From an uncultured SAR86 cluster bacterium (GTDB lineage: Bacteria; Pseudomonadota; Gammaproteobacteria; Magnimaribacterales; AG-339-G14): a DNA stretch of 64,000 nt. Shown piece by piece: positions 36,798 to 47,455 of the stretch. Position 1 is the stretch's first letter; each line of letters begins with the position of its first letter. The position numbers and the translations under genes were made by a program. The notes under the pieces are model-generated. The model had not been told where the DNA came from and ran no database searches. It saw only the letters and a program-made list of their open reading frames with translations. The stretch lies in contig CACOBG010000004.1 in the NCBI GenBank assembly GCA_902625415.1, forward strand, positions 1,187 through 65,186. The letters are read 5' to 3'.

Positions 36798-38048
36798 CTA
36801 GTCAATAAAAGCGCTATAAACCATAGACTGCATCTGCATTCTGATTGGATAGTAACCTGAGGGCATTAACTGAGTCATTAAAATACAAATCAATTCTTCT
36901 TGAGGATCGACCCAGAAAAAAGTGCTAGCAGCGCCGCCCCAGTTAAAGCTACCAACCGAGCCAGAATTTTGCGTGTCAGCTAAATCAATGTTGACACCAA
37001 AACCCAAACCAAATCCAACACCTTTGTATCTTATTTCGCTAAAACTACCTTCAGAACCCATAGTCACCATATCTTGATTGTCAGGCAGATGATTTGAAGT
37101 CATCAATTCAATTGTTTTTCTTGATAAAAGTCTCCTGCCCTCAAAAGTGCCCCCGTTTAATAGCATCTGACAAAAATTGTAATAATCCTCGGTAGTTGAA
37201 ACTAGACCTCCTCCTCCTGATAAATGTAAGGGGGAGTTTGAATATCCGCTTTTACTATCTCCCGTATCTTGAAGTCTTAGATATTCCTTAGGGGTCCTTT
37301 CATAACATGCTGCAAATCGTTTAATCTTATTTTTAGGGACATAAAAACCAGTATCTTTCATCTTAAGAGGCTTAAAAATATGCTTTGTAAAATAATCATC
37401 CAAAGTCATTCCACTCAAAACTTCAACCAATCTTCCACAAATATCAGTAGCTACACTGTAGTTCCATTTATCTCCAGGACTGAATTCGAGAGGCAAGCTG
37501 GCAATGGACTGAGAAAAATTTTCTAGGTCAAGAGGAGGAAAACTAAAATCAGTGTTATCTCCTCGAGGACCACTCCAGACTTTACGGTAGGCATGATCAA
37601 TATTTGTTCGATAGTGAAATCCATAAGTTAGGCCAGCGGTATGAGTTAATAGATCTCTGATGGAGATTTCTCTATCAGCAGGGCGGGTCATGAAATGAGG
37701 ATAACTTCCAGACACAAAGACTTTAGGATTTTTAAATTCAGGTAAAAATTTTCCAACAGGATCAGCTAATTGAAAAAGACCTTGTTCGAATAGCTGCATT
37801 AAGGCAACACTGGTTATGGGTTTCGTCATTGAATAAATCCTGAAAATAGTATCTTTCTCAATTTTTTTATTATTCTCGACATCTCTTAATCCAGTAGATT
37901 CGAAATGTACTACTTTTCCTTTTCTTGCAATTAAAGTTTGAATTCCGGCAAGTTTGCCATTTTTGATATATTTTTCTTTAAAGAAATTTTCCATTGCCAT
38001 TAATTTATCTTTTGAAAGGCCTAATTTATTGGGATTGATAGTTTTCAT
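36798..38048 (-). CDS. Serine hydrolase, beta-lactamase/esterase family
   Basis: 416 aa. SMTKPITS (SxxK) and LLTHTAGL. Second member of this family in the window. Confidence 0.8.
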   Translation of the reverse strand: MKTINPNKLGLSKDKLMAMENFFKEKYIKNGKLAGIQTLIARKGKVVHFESTGLRDVENNKKIEKDTIFRIYSMTKPITSVALMQLFEQGLFQLADPVGKFLPEFKNPKVFVSGSYPHFMTRPADREISIRDLLTHTAGLTYGFHYRTNIDHAYRKVWSGPRGDNTDFSFPPLDLENFSQSIASLPLEFSPGDKWNYSVATDICGRLVEVLSGMTLDDYFTKHIFKPLKMKDTGFYVPKNKIKRFAACYERTPKEYLRLQDTGDSKSGYSNSPLHLSGGGGLVSTTEDYYNFCQMLLNGGTFEGRRLLSRKTIELMTSNHLPDNQDMVTMGSEGSFSEIRYKGVGFGLGFGVNIDLADTQNSGSVGSFNWGGAASTFFWVDPQEELICILMTQLMPSGYYPIRMQMQSMVYSAFID

Positions 38049-38488
38049 ATTTGTTCCTTTGCTGAAAGTTTAGCTTTAATAAAATCAGAATGAGCTACAT
38101 AAATTAAATTAGATACTTTTCTAATGATATGTTCTTCGTATTTATCTATATTCCCATCTGCAAATGCAATTTTCCACATTGATTCTATGAGCTTTATTCT
38201 CTCAGCTGCATCAAAATTATCATTTATATCGCGGGTAAACTCATATAGTGAAGTTGAGTCTTCTACATTTTCTTTAGCGAGATCTATTAATTCATCTATT
38301 TCATCTTCATTTATCTGAAAATCTTTTTGCATAGTATTTTTCAAGGCCATCAACTCAGATTCATCAAGAATCTCATCTGCCATACTTGTTTCTAGAAGAA
38401 GAGCAACACAAGCTTTAGTTGACGTTTTATCGTCAATAATGAAATCTTTGGACTCTTCGGTTTGAAAAATTTTCTTAAAGAAATTCAT
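38045..38488 (-). CDS. TerB-like (tellurite-resistance TerB family) protein
   Basis: 147 aa, acidic helical protein with a pattern like small TerB-family proteins (family recalled from memory). 4-nt overlaps on both sides. Confidence 0.5.
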   Translation of the reverse strand: MNFFKKIFQTEESKDFIIDDKTSTKACVALLLETSMADEILDESELMALKNTMQKDFQINEDEIDELIDLAKENVEDSTSLYEFTRDINDNFDAAERIKLIESMWKIAFADGNIDKYEEHIIRKVSNLIYVAHSDFIKAKLSAKEQI

Positions 38489-39447
38489 GCTGCTTGATTT
38501 TCATTTGCCAATAAAATATTTTTTAACTCACTTTTAATTTTGTCATTTTTTTCACTACTCAACAAAAGAAGTCTGGATTTTTTTGCATTATTTAATCCTT
38601 TGAATAAATTTAACATGTGAAATTTAGTTATTATTTCATCTTTAAAATCTAATGAATCTATGTATTCAAACATTTCATCAATAACAGATATCAATGAGTT
38701 ATTTGTTTCCTTGGAATTATAAAAAATCCGATCCACATCAATTAATTTATAGGGTAGATCGTAGGCAGACCTACCGACCATGATGCCATCCAATTTTTGA
38801 AATTTATCTTTAGCCATTTTGAAATCCTCAATACCCCCGTTAACGATAATATTAAGATGTTTGAAGTCTTTTTTAATTTGAAAAACTCTTTCATAGTTTA
38901 AAGGAGGTATTGTCCTATTCTGTTTAGGATCAAGCCCCCTTAAGAGAGCAATTCTTGCATGAACATAAAAAGTATTTACACCAATTTTAGATAATTCTTC
39001 TATGAAATTATCCAATCCCTCATTGATATTAAAGTCATCAACTCCTAATCTAATTTTTACTGAAACTTCTTTTGATGAAACCTTCATCATTTCAGATAAA
39101 CAGTTTTTAACCAGATTTACGTCCTTCATTAAAACTGCACCAAAATTTCCAGACTGAACTTTAGAGCTAGGACATCCTAGATTTAAATTAATCTCACGAT
39201 AATTATATTCATTAGCTATTAAAGTAGCTTTTTTTAGCTCTTTTGGACAACTTCCTCCTACTTGTAAAACAGTAGCATTTGAAACTTTGGAATTGTTTAA
39301 AAATCTTTCAGGCTTATTTCTATTTATTGCATTGGCATGAATCATCTCGGTAAAAAGAATGGATTTTTTGGATAGCAAACCAGACAGATATCTGAAATGA
39401 CGATCTGTCCGTCTCATCATTGGAGCAATGCAGAAAGATCTATCCAT
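38485..39447 (-). CDS. dusA: tRNA dihydrouridine synthase A
   Basis: 320 aa. FCIAPMMRRTDRHFRYL, INLNLGCPS, HARIALLRGL. DusA-type N-terminus. Confidence 0.9.
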   Translation of the reverse strand: MDRSFCIAPMMRRTDRHFRYLSGLLSKKSILFTEMIHANAINRNKPERFLNNSKVSNATVLQVGGSCPKELKKATLIANEYNYREINLNLGCPSSKVQSGNFGAVLMKDVNLVKNCLSEMMKVSSKEVSVKIRLGVDDFNINEGLDNFIEELSKIGVNTFYVHARIALLRGLDPKQNRTIPPLNYERVFQIKKDFKHLNIIVNGGIEDFKMAKDKFQKLDGIMVGRSAYDLPYKLIDVDRIFYNSKETNNSLISVIDEMFEYIDSLDFKDEIITKFHMLNLFKGLNNAKKSRLLLLSSEKNDKIKSELKNILLANENQAA

Positions 39448-40919
39448 TAGAGAAAATAAATTACAGAGAAAACCCCAACTACAGATAAAACAATAGTGTA
39501 GGGTAATGCCATCAAAACCATTCTTAAATAAGAAAGCCCTAAAAGAGGCGCAACAGAAGAGGTAAGAAGGAATAAAAACGCTGCTTGCCCGTTAGGAGTA
39601 GCAACACTTGGTAAGTTAGTTCCGCTATTAATTGCAATCGCTAACAAATCAAATTGTTCTCTTCCTATCGCTCCACTGTCTAGGGCAGCTTTTACTTCGC
39701 TGATATAAATGGTTGCAACAAAAACATTATCACTGATCATCGATAAAACACCGTTCACCATGAAAAATACTGGAATTTGAATTTCTTGTTTAAGACTTAA
39801 GACATAACCAATTACAGGGGTAAATAAATGTTGGTCATGAATAACTGCAACGACGGCAAAAAATACAACCAATAACGCGGTAAACGGAAGAGCTTCTTCA
39901 AAAGCTTTTCCTAGTTTTGGCTCTTCTATTACACCATTAAATGCAGTGAGCAATACAATGATCATCAAACCAATCAACCCTACGGCTGCAAGCCCAAAAG
40001 CTAGAGAAAAAACAAGTACCAAAGCAACAATTGCTTGAGTAATGATTTTCATATTTTGAGAATCGGTTCTTTCTAGAGATTCTTGTTTATCAAAATCATA
40101 GAGTATTTGCCTAATATGACTTGGAAGTTGAACGCCAAATGAAAACAAAGAAAATCTTTCTACAAGATAACAAGTGATTAAGCCCGCAATAAAAACAGGA
40201 AAGGAAATCGGCAACATTTTCAAAAAGAACTCGATGAAAGACCAGTCTGCAACACTTGCAATCAATAAATTCTGAGGCTCTCCAACAGTAGTTGCAACTC
40301 CTCCCAAGGCAGTTCCTACAGCACCATGCATTAGGAGATTTCTGAGAAAACCTTTGAAAGTTTGAAATTCTTCAGAGTTCTCAGAAAATGAATCTTCCTT
40401 TGATGCAACACTTTTGTAGACCTGATAAAAACCTGCAGCTACTGCTATCAAAACGGCCATCACTGTTAAAGCATCTAAAAAGGCAGACAGAAATGCTGCA
40501 GCGAATACAAAGAGCAAACACAAAAGCCTCTTATTTTTGATATTAATTAGAAGCTTAGTAAAGATATACAAAAGGAAGTCTTTCATAAAATAAATACCAG
40601 CTACCATGAACACCAAAAGAAGAATTACCTTTAAATTTGCTTCAACTTCATAATAAATTTGTCCGGTATTAGTTAGACCCATCAAAATTGACTCTAATGC
40701 AATCAAGCCACCAGGTTGAAGGGGATAGCACTTGATTGCCATTGCCAAAGTAAAGATAAACTGTCCTAAAATAATCCAGCCAAGAATAAATCCTGCAGGC
40801 AAACTCATAGCGTCGAATAAAATGTATATAATCGGATTAACGATCAAAAAAGAAATGATTGTGTTTTTATACCAATTAGGAGCAGCTCCCAAAAAATTAT
40901 AATAAATCGAACTTATCAT
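39447..40919 (-). CDS. nhaB: Na+/H+ antiporter NhaB
   Basis: 490 aa. N-terminus [24 protein letters not shown] and [16 protein letters not shown] match the NhaB family. Polytopic. Confidence 0.88.
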   Translation of the reverse strand: MISSIYYNFLGAAPNWYKNTIISFLIVNPIIYILFDAMSLPAGFILGWIILGQFIFTLAMAIKCYPLQPGGLIALESILMGLTNTGQIYYEVEANLKVILLLVFMVAGIYFMKDFLLYIFTKLLINIKNKRLLCLLFVFAAAFLSAFLDALTVMAVLIAVAAGFYQVYKSVASKEDSFSENSEEFQTFKGFLRNLLMHGAVGTALGGVATTVGEPQNLLIASVADWSFIEFFLKMLPISFPVFIAGLITCYLVERFSLFSFGVQLPSHIRQILYDFDKQESLERTDSQNMKIITQAIVALVLVFSLAFGLAAVGLIGLMIIVLLTAFNGVIEEPKLGKAFEEALPFTALLVVFFAVVAVIHDQHLFTPVIGYVLSLKQEIQIPVFFMVNGVLSMISDNVFVATIYISEVKAALDSGAIGREQFDLLAIAINSGTNLPSVATPNGQAAFLFLLTSSVAPLLGLSYLRMVLMALPYTIVLSVVGVFSVIYFL

Positions 40920-40930
40920 GGAGATTAAAC

Positions 40931-41752
40931 TTGTTTACCTTTGAACCTGCAAATTATATAGAAAATGAACCTAAAGATTCAGTTTTCTTTGTAATATTTG
41001 ATCAAAGCATTCTCTCATTTTCAAATGAAAATTTCATCAGACCCCTTTCACAAGACGAATTGACTTGGTCTTACATTGAAGAAAAAGAAAGACATTTTCT
41101 AGGTTATTTAAACAAACAACCGTGTTATGTGATTCTTGTTGAAAAAAATCAGTGTGAATTGGAACACTCAATTTTTATCGATATGCGCTCTGCTCTTGGA
41201 AGGATGCCCGATCAATTATTTGATGTTATTGCGAGATCAATTCAAATTATAAATTGGTCAAAAGATCATCAATTTTGTGGATCTTGTGGATCTTCAATGC
41301 AAAGGCACGATAAGGAAAGAGCAATGGAATGCCCTAACTGCAAGGGACAATTAATTTACCCAAGGATTTCTCCGTGTGTAATCACTTTGATCTATAAAGA
41401 AAATGAGTTTTTGCTGGCGCATAATAAGAATTTTCCTCCAAATTTTTATAGTACTCTTGCTGGTTTTATAGAACCTGGAGAATCCGTAGAAAGTGCATTG
41501 AAAAGGGAGGTCAAAGAAGAAGTAAACATCAATATTAAAAATTTAGAGTACTTTTCTAGTCAAGCATGGCCATTTCCAAGTCAACTGATGCTGGGTTTTT
41601 ATGCTGAATACGATTCTGGAGAATTAAAACCTGATGGGGAGGAAATTGACGATGCTCAATGGTTTACTTTAGAAAGCATGCCGACAAACATTCCTCCAGC
41701 AAATATTTCAATTTCTGGAAAATTGATAGAAAACTTTATTAATAAATCTTAA
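40931..41752 (+). CDS. nudC: NAD+ diphosphatase (NADH pyrophosphatase), Nudix family
   Basis: 273 aa, TTG start 7 nt after GGAG. Zinc ribbon CGSCGS...CPNC. Nudix box [23 protein letters not shown] and [11 protein letters not shown]. Confidence 0.9.
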   Translation: MFTFEPANYIENEPKDSVFFVIFDQSILSFSNENFIRPLSQDELTWSYIEEKERHFLGYLNKQPCYVILVEKNQCELEHSIFIDMRSALGRMPDQLFDVIARSIQIINWSKDHQFCGSCGSSMQRHDKERAMECPNCKGQLIYPRISPCVITLIYKENEFLLAHNKNFPPNFYSTLAGFIEPGESVESALKREVKEEVNINIKNLEYFSSQAWPFPSQLMLGFYAEYDSGELKPDGEEIDDAQWFTLESMPTNIPPANISISGKLIENFINKS

Positions 41753-41753
41753 T

Positions 41754-43775
41754 TTATTTATTTCTTGGATCGTTTGCCGCTCGTTCTATAGTTTTCTTAT
41801 CTTCTGTAACTTCTTTTTTAACTTCCACTTCTTTTTCTTTTTTAGGCCTGCTCAACTTCCTAGGCTTTGGAGTGATCTCATTCTGGATAATGGTTTCTTT
41901 ATCTGAAGACAATCCAGTTTCAGCTAGCTCTTTAGATTTGGATGTTTTGTTGTTTTCAGATTTTGGTTTTCTAGTAACTCTATTCTGTTTGTCTTCTGAT
42001 GGATTTTGAGATTTTCTCTGTTTAGAATTTGTCTTTTTATTATCCTTAGACTTAAAAGAATTTGTTTTATTTCTTCCATCAAACCTATTTCTATTTTTTT
42101 GGTAATGTTTTCTAACTTGATTTTTAGAATGCTTAGATCTCTTATTGAATTTTTGATATTTTTTCTTTGGCTTGTTACTCTTAAAAAGTTCTAAAATTCT
42201 TTTGAAAAAAGATTTTTTTGGTCTACGTGATCTTTTAATATCTAAAAGAGGCTTTTCTTCAGAAGTTTTCTTTTTACTTTTCTTTTCAAAATGATCAGCA
42301 ACAGAAATACTCGACCTATTTTTTTCAGGATCTATAACCTTGCCATCTTTAATTCTTATGACTTCAAATCTGGAATCGGGTCTGGTTGCATCAGAGATAA
42401 CGACAAGTTTCACACTGCTTCTAGCCTCGATATCATTTAAACGAACTCTTCTTTCATTTAGAAGTAATGCTGACATATCAGGCGATACAATTGCTCTGAC
42501 TTCACTGGTTTTTTCTTTACTGGATTCTTCTTCGAGCAATCTAAGAACTGCGGTAGAGAGAGTATTGATATCTTGAGTCCATCTTTCTTTCAGAGATGAT
42601 CTAAGTCTTTGCCTTGATAGTTCGAGCAATCCAAATCTAGAAATACGTCCTATTTGAACTCTGGCTCTATCTTCAGATAGCGCTTCTCTCATAGCATCTT
42701 CTACAGCACGCTTATTTTCAAGTTTCATCATATCAATAAAATCAATTACGACTAATCCTCCAATATCTCTTAGCCTCAGTTGCCTTCCAATTTCTTCACA
42801 AGCTTCTATATTGGTTTTGACTGCAGTCTCTTCAATATCCTTTCCGGAAGTAGCTTTTGAGGAATTTATATCTATTGCAACAAGTGCCTCCGCATCATCT
42901 ATGACGATTGACCCTCCAGAAGTAAGTTTTACTTCTCTTTGATAAGCAGTCTCAATTTGCGATTCAATTTGATATCGGGTGAAAAGAGGGAGAGTATTTT
43001 CATACTTATTGAGAATTTTAGCTTGATCTGGCATGACACGTTCAACAAACTCAGAAGCTTCTTCAAAAGCTTCTTCAGTATCAACCCAAATTTCTTCTAT
43101 ATCTTCCTTTAGATAATCTCTTAAAGCTCTAATAATAATATCGCTTTCTTTAAAAATTAAAATCGGACTATTTTTTAAGGTATTTGCTTCACTGATACCT
43201 TCCCAAACTCTTTGCAGATATTCTAAATCCCATTTAAGGTCCTCAAGATCTTTTCCTTCCCCAGCAGTTCTAACTATTAACCCCATAGACTCAGGAACAT
43301 TTAAAGATGCAATTCTTTCTTTAAGTTTATCTCTTTCTTTGCCCTCTAACCTTCTCGAGATTCCTGCTGCTTTTGGATTATTAGGCATTAATACTAAATA
43401 TCTACCAGCTAGACTTATATTTGTAGTAAGAGCTGCTCCTTTGTTACCTCGTTCGTCTTTTTCAACTTGAACAAGAATTTCTTGATCTTTTTTTAGACAG
43501 TCTGAAACAGATAGTCTTGAATTACGATTGTGTTTTTCGGGATAAAATTGAGGAGAAATTTCTTTGAAAGGCAAAAAACCATGTCTTTCTGCTCCATAGT
43601 TTACAAAAGCAGCACCTAAACTTGGTTCAATTCTACTTACTTTCCCTTTATATATATTTCCTTTTCTACGGATTTCGCTGATATTTTCAATATCTAAATC
43701 ATACAAAAGATTTCCTTCTGTTATAGCAACTCTCAGTTCTTCCGGTTGAGTAGCATTGATAAGCATCCTTTTCAT
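41754..43775 (-). CDS. rne: Ribonuclease E (compact form)
   Basis: 673 aa. MKRMLINATQPEELRVAI, S1 domain GNIYKGKVSRIEPSLGAAFVNYG, DNase-I-like region VIDFIDM, then a ~175-aa Lys/Arg/Asn/Ser-rich tail. SD GAGGTGG at 43780-43786. Confidence 0.92.
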   Translation of the reverse strand: MKRMLINATQPEELRVAITEGNLLYDLDIENISEIRRKGNIYKGKVSRIEPSLGAAFVNYGAERHGFLPFKEISPQFYPEKHNRNSRLSVSDCLKKDQEILVQVEKDERGNKGAALTTNISLAGRYLVLMPNNPKAAGISRRLEGKERDKLKERIASLNVPESMGLIVRTAGEGKDLEDLKWDLEYLQRVWEGISEANTLKNSPILIFKESDIIIRALRDYLKEDIEEIWVDTEEAFEEASEFVERVMPDQAKILNKYENTLPLFTRYQIESQIETAYQREVKLTSGGSIVIDDAEALVAIDINSSKATSGKDIEETAVKTNIEACEEIGRQLRLRDIGGLVVIDFIDMMKLENKRAVEDAMREALSEDRARVQIGRISRFGLLELSRQRLRSSLKERWTQDINTLSTAVLRLLEEESSKEKTSEVRAIVSPDMSALLLNERRVRLNDIEARSSVKLVVISDATRPDSRFEVIRIKDGKVIDPEKNRSSISVADHFEKKSKKKTSEEKPLLDIKRSRRPKKSFFKRILELFKSNKPKKKYQKFNKRSKHSKNQVRKHYQKNRNRFDGRNKTNSFKSKDNKKTNSKQRKSQNPSEDKQNRVTRKPKSENNKTSKSKELAETGLSSDKETIIQNEITPKPRKLSRPKKEKEVEVKKEVTEDKKTIERAANDPRNK

Positions 43776-43986
43776 AGTTCCACCTCATGAAAGTGCTTAA
43801 ATATAAAATGTAATACCTCCCATAGAAGGTTATATTGGAAATAAATTTTAGGTTTTACGCCCTAGCCACCTAATATTATTAAATTCTTATATTTAAACTT
43901 TATTAAAATTCTTGCCCTAAAATATTATTAATAAGGGTCTTTGAAAGGTATTCTAGAGAAAATATCCAAAGAAATCTAAATTATTT

Positions 43987-44901
43987 ATGCCTGAAGTCAA
44001 AAAAATAATTATAAATGAAAATATTTCCGGACAAAGATTGGATAATTTTTTATTGAATCAATTAAAAGGTGTTCCAAAGTCCAAGGTTTACTCTATTATC
44101 AGAAAAGGTGAGATCAGAATTAACAGCAAGAGAAAAAAACCTTTTTATAAATTAGTAATTGGCGATGAGGTTAGAGTTCCGCCAATTAAGACTTCATCAA
44201 AAAAAAATCAATTTGTTCCTACCAACATTATTGCTTTGCTAAGAGATTCAATCGTCGAGGAAAATGATGATTACATTGCTTTAAACAAACCCGAGGGCAT
44301 TGCCTCGCATGGTGGAAGCGGGATATCAATTGGCGTAATAGAAACAATTAGAAATTTCGGAAAATCCTACAGAGATGCAAAATTGGTTCATAGATTAGAT
44401 AAAGACACATCAGGTTGCCAAGTAATTGCTAAAAACAATAAATTTTTAAGACACTGTAATAAATTAATTTCCGAAAGAAAAGTTAAAAAAACTTATCAAG
44501 CTATTGTCCATGGAAACTGGCTTCATAAAGATGGTATCTATGAAATAAATATTGAAAAAAATACGCTCATCGGCAAAGAAAGAATGGTAAGAATTTCAGA
44601 AGGAGGAAAAATTGCCAAAACCTTTTTTAAAGTTATTGAATCTTCAAAGCATTTTTCGCTCATTCAGTGTGAATTGATTACAGGCAGAACTCATCAATTG
44701 AGAGTTCATCTTTCAGAATTAGGATTTCCAATTGTGGGAGACAAGAAATATGGAATAAAAGAAAATAACTTTCCAAAAGTTTCAGTTCATAAAAAAAGGT
44801 TGTACCTTCATGCGAACTCTTTTATTTCTAAGGATTTGAATATTCATATCAAAGTAAAGACACCTAAAGAGTTTAAAAAAATACTTAAAAATGATGAATA
44901 A
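43987..44901 (+). CDS. rluC: 23S rRNA pseudouridine synthase, RluC type
   Basis: 304 aa. S4 domain (RLDNFL), HRLDKDTSG catalytic motif, TGRTHQLRVH. Divergent from rne as in E. coli. Confidence 0.85.
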   Translation: MPEVKKIIINENISGQRLDNFLLNQLKGVPKSKVYSIIRKGEIRINSKRKKPFYKLVIGDEVRVPPIKTSSKKNQFVPTNIIALLRDSIVEENDDYIALNKPEGIASHGGSGISIGVIETIRNFGKSYRDAKLVHRLDKDTSGCQVIAKNNKFLRHCNKLISERKVKKTYQAIVHGNWLHKDGIYEINIEKNTLIGKERMVRISEGGKIAKTFFKVIESSKHFSLIQCELITGRTHQLRVHLSELGFPIVGDKKYGIKENNFPKVSVHKKRLYLHANSFISKDLNIHIKVKTPKEFKKILKNDE

Positions 44902-44936
44902 ATTTTTAAATTGTCCTAGAATTGCGTTTCTAAATT

Positions 44937-45143
44937 ATGGCTGTACAGAAAAGTAAGGTATCCAGAGCAAGACGGGGCGCAAGACGTGCTCATAATGCTT
45001 TGAAAAAAGAAGCACTATCACAAGATCCTGTTACGGGTGAAAAGCATCTCAGGCATCATATGACAAAAGACGGTTTTTTTAAGGGAAGAAAAATTCTGGA
45101 TATAAAAACAAAGGATGATTCAACAGAAGATTCCCCTAGTTAG
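44937..45143 (+). CDS. rpmF: 50S ribosomal protein L32
   Basis: 68 aa. MAVQKSKVSRARRGARRAHNALK. Confidence 0.93.
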   Translation: MAVQKSKVSRARRGARRAHNALKKEALSQDPVTGEKHLRHHMTKDGFFKGRKILDIKTKDDSTEDSPS

Positions 45144-45146
45144 TTA

Positions 45147-45875
45147 GTGTCAAAAACCGTTTTAATTACTGGGGCCTCAAGAGGAATAGGCAAGGCCATT
45201 CTTGAATCTTTAAACGACGAATATTTTATTGTGGGAACTGGAACTTCAGAATCCAGTGTTCAAAGTATTTTAGAAAATATAAATTCAATGAATATTGAAG
45301 GTAATGCCTTCAAATTAGATCTAGGCGATAGAAATTCAATCAAAGAATTAACTTCTCTACTCGATTCGAAAGAAATTTATCCAGATATATTGATCAATAA
45401 TGCCGGAATTACCAGAGATAACATCATGTTAAGAATGAAAGATGATGAGTGGGATAACGTAATTGATGTCCACCTAAACGGACAATACTTACTCATTAAA
45501 TCATTTATTAAAAAAATGGTTAAAAACAGATGGGGTAGAATAATTAATATTTCATCTACTTCAGCTGTTCTTGGGAACAAAGGACAGGCAAACTATGCTG
45601 CAGCAAAAGCAGGAATTGAAGCAATGTCCAGATCGCTGGCAAGAGAATTAGGCTCAAGGAACATTAATGTTAATTGTGTTGCTCCAGGCTTTATAGAAAC
45701 TGACATGACAAAGGAAATTTCAGAAGGAAATGAAGACTTTTTAGCTTCTCAAATACCCCTAGGAAGGTTAGGAAAACCCAATGAAATCGCTGAAGTAGTG
45801 AATTTCTTAGCTTCAGACCAGGCTAATTATATTACAGGGCAGACTATTCATGTTAATGGCGGCCTCTATATGTAA
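45147..45875 (+). CDS. fabG: 3-oxoacyl-ACP reductase
   Basis: 242 aa, GTG start. TGASRGIGKAI, NNAGITRDN, YAAAKAG. Immediately upstream of acpP-fabF. Confidence 0.92.
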   Translation: MSKTVLITGASRGIGKAILESLNDEYFIVGTGTSESSVQSILENINSMNIEGNAFKLDLGDRNSIKELTSLLDSKEIYPDILINNAGITRDNIMLRMKDDEWDNVIDVHLNGQYLLIKSFIKKMVKNRWGRIINISSTSAVLGNKGQANYAAAKAGIEAMSRSLARELGSRNINVNCVAPGFIETDMTKEISEGNEDFLASQIPLGRLGKPNEIAEVVNFLASDQANYITGQTIHVNGGLYM

Positions 45876-45916
45876 CTTGACTTGCACAAAATTATCACAT
45901 TAATTTTACGATTATT

Positions 45917-45946
45917 TTGAAAAAATTTTTTTTAAAGGTATATAAT
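45917..45946 (+). promoter_or_regulatory. Candidate sigma70 promoter for acpP
   Basis: TTGAAA (45917-45922), 18-nt spacer, TATAAT (45941-45946), then SD AGAGG before ATG 45974. E. coli acpP also has its own promoter. Confidence 0.45.
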
Positions 45947-45973
45947 TCACTCAATTTTTAAATAGAGGTTCAT

Positions 45974-46207
45974 ATGAGCAGTACTGAAGATAGAGTTCGC
46001 AGAATAGTTTGCGAACAATTAGGAGTTGGCGAAGAAGAAGTAACTCTCTCGGCTAGCTTTATTGATGATCTCGGAGCAGATTCATTAGATACTGTTGAAT
46101 TAGTGATGGCCTTTGAAGAGGAATTTGAAATTGAAATTCCTGATGAAGAGGCAGAAAAGATAGCTACTGTTGAGGACGCAGTAAACTATATAGATTCTGC
46201 AGAATAA
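45974..46207 (+). CDS. acpP: Acyl carrier protein
   Basis: 77 aa. [20 protein letters not shown]. Confidence 0.97.
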   Translation: MSSTEDRVRRIVCEQLGVGEEEVTLSASFIDDLGADSLDTVELVMAFEEEFEIEIPDEEAEKIATVEDAVNYIDSAE

Positions 46208-46216
46208 GTTTTAAAT

Positions 46217-47455
46217 ATGTCAGAAAAAAGGCGGGTTGTCGTAACTGGTCTTGGCATTGTTTCCCCATTAGGAAATGACCTAGATTCCACTTGGTCAAAT
46301 ATAATTGGCGGTAAAAGCGGCGCTAGTCGAATAACAAAATTCGATCCAGCAGGCTTCTCAACAACCTTTGCTGCAGAATTGAAAGGATATAATGAGGTCT
46401 CAGGACTTTCTCCAAAAGAAATTAGACGAATAGATCCCTTTATTCAATATGCTCTAACCGCATCCGATCAAGCTATAAAAGATGCTGATTTGTACTTAAA
46501 TGATATTGAAAAGACAAGAATAGGTGTTTCTATTGGTTCAGGTATTGGTGGATTAGGTAGTATTGAAGATAATGCTCTTATTCTGAGAGATAAAAGTCCT
46601 AGGAAAATTTCTCCATTTTTTGTTCCAGGTGCAATCATTAATATGGCATCTGGAAATGTTGCGATTAAATATAATTTACAGGGACCTAACATCTCAATTG
46701 TTTCTGCATGCTCTAGTGCGGGTCACAGCATAGGATATTCAGCAAGAACCATTTCTTATGGGGATGCAGATATTATGATTACCGGCGGTTCAGAAGCTGG
46801 AATTACTCCTTTAGGGTTAGCAGGGTTTAATGCCGCAAAAGCTCTTTCGACAAATAATGAAAATCCAGAGCAAGCAAGCTGTCCTTGGGATAAGAAAAGA
46901 GACGGATTTCTATTAGGTGAGGGCGCAGGAATATTAATTTTAGAAGAATTAGAGTCGGCAAAAAGTAGAAAAGCTAAAATCTATGGCGAGGTAGTAGGTT
47001 TTGGGCAAAGTGATGATGCATACCATATCACTGCGCCTGCTGAGGATGGGAGAGGCGCCTACAATGCCATGATTAATGCTTTAAATGATTTTAAAGAAGG
47101 TCATGAAAAGATCGATTATATTAATGCTCACGGAACGTCTACTCCTCTGGGAGATGTAATAGAAGCCAAGGCAATAGCAGAAATATTTAAAAGTAGAGAA
47201 AACTTATCGATAAGTTCAACAAAATCTATGACTGGTCATTTGTTGGGTGCTGCAGGAGCAATTGAGGCCATTTTTTGTCTACTAGCAATGAGGGATTCTA
47301 TAATTCCTCCAACAATAAATCTCAATGATCCGGATAATGAGTTTGATCTCGATTTAACTGCTAATAAATCCAAACCTAAAGAAGTCAATTTTTCCATGAG
47401 CAATTCTTTCGGTTTTGGCGGGACAAATGTGTCCTTAATTTTTAAAAAAATTTAG
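46217..47455 (+). CDS. fabF: 3-oxoacyl-ACP synthase II
   Basis: 412 aa. SIVSACSSAGHSI (active Cys), NAHGTSTPLGD, TGHLLGAAG. Confidence 0.95.
   Translation: MSEKRRVVVTGLGIVSPLGNDLDSTWSNIIGGKSGASRITKFDPAGFSTTFAAELKGYNEVSGLSPKEIRRIDPFIQYALTASDQAIKDADLYLNDIEKTRIGVSIGSGIGGLGSIEDNALILRDKSPRKISPFFVPGAIINMASGNVAIKYNLQGPNISIVSACSSAGHSIGYSARTISYGDADIMITGGSEAGITPLGLAGFNAAKALSTNNENPEQASCPWDKKRDGFLLGEGAGILILEELESAKSRKAKIYGEVVGFGQSDDAYHITAPAEDGRGAYNAMINALNDFKEGHEKIDYINAHGTSTPLGDVIEAKAIAEIFKSRENLSISSTKSMTGHLLGAAGAIEAIFCLLAMRDSIIPPTINLNDPDNEFDLDLTANKSKPKEVNFSMSNSFGFGGTNVSLIFKKI

Noticed and set aside
38485-39447. dusA as an integration hotspot for dusA-specific integrative elements.
   Set aside because: There is no integrase, no repeat of the dusA 5' end and no foreign-looking genes next to it. 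The neighbours are nhaB and a TerB-like gene with 1-4 nt overlaps.
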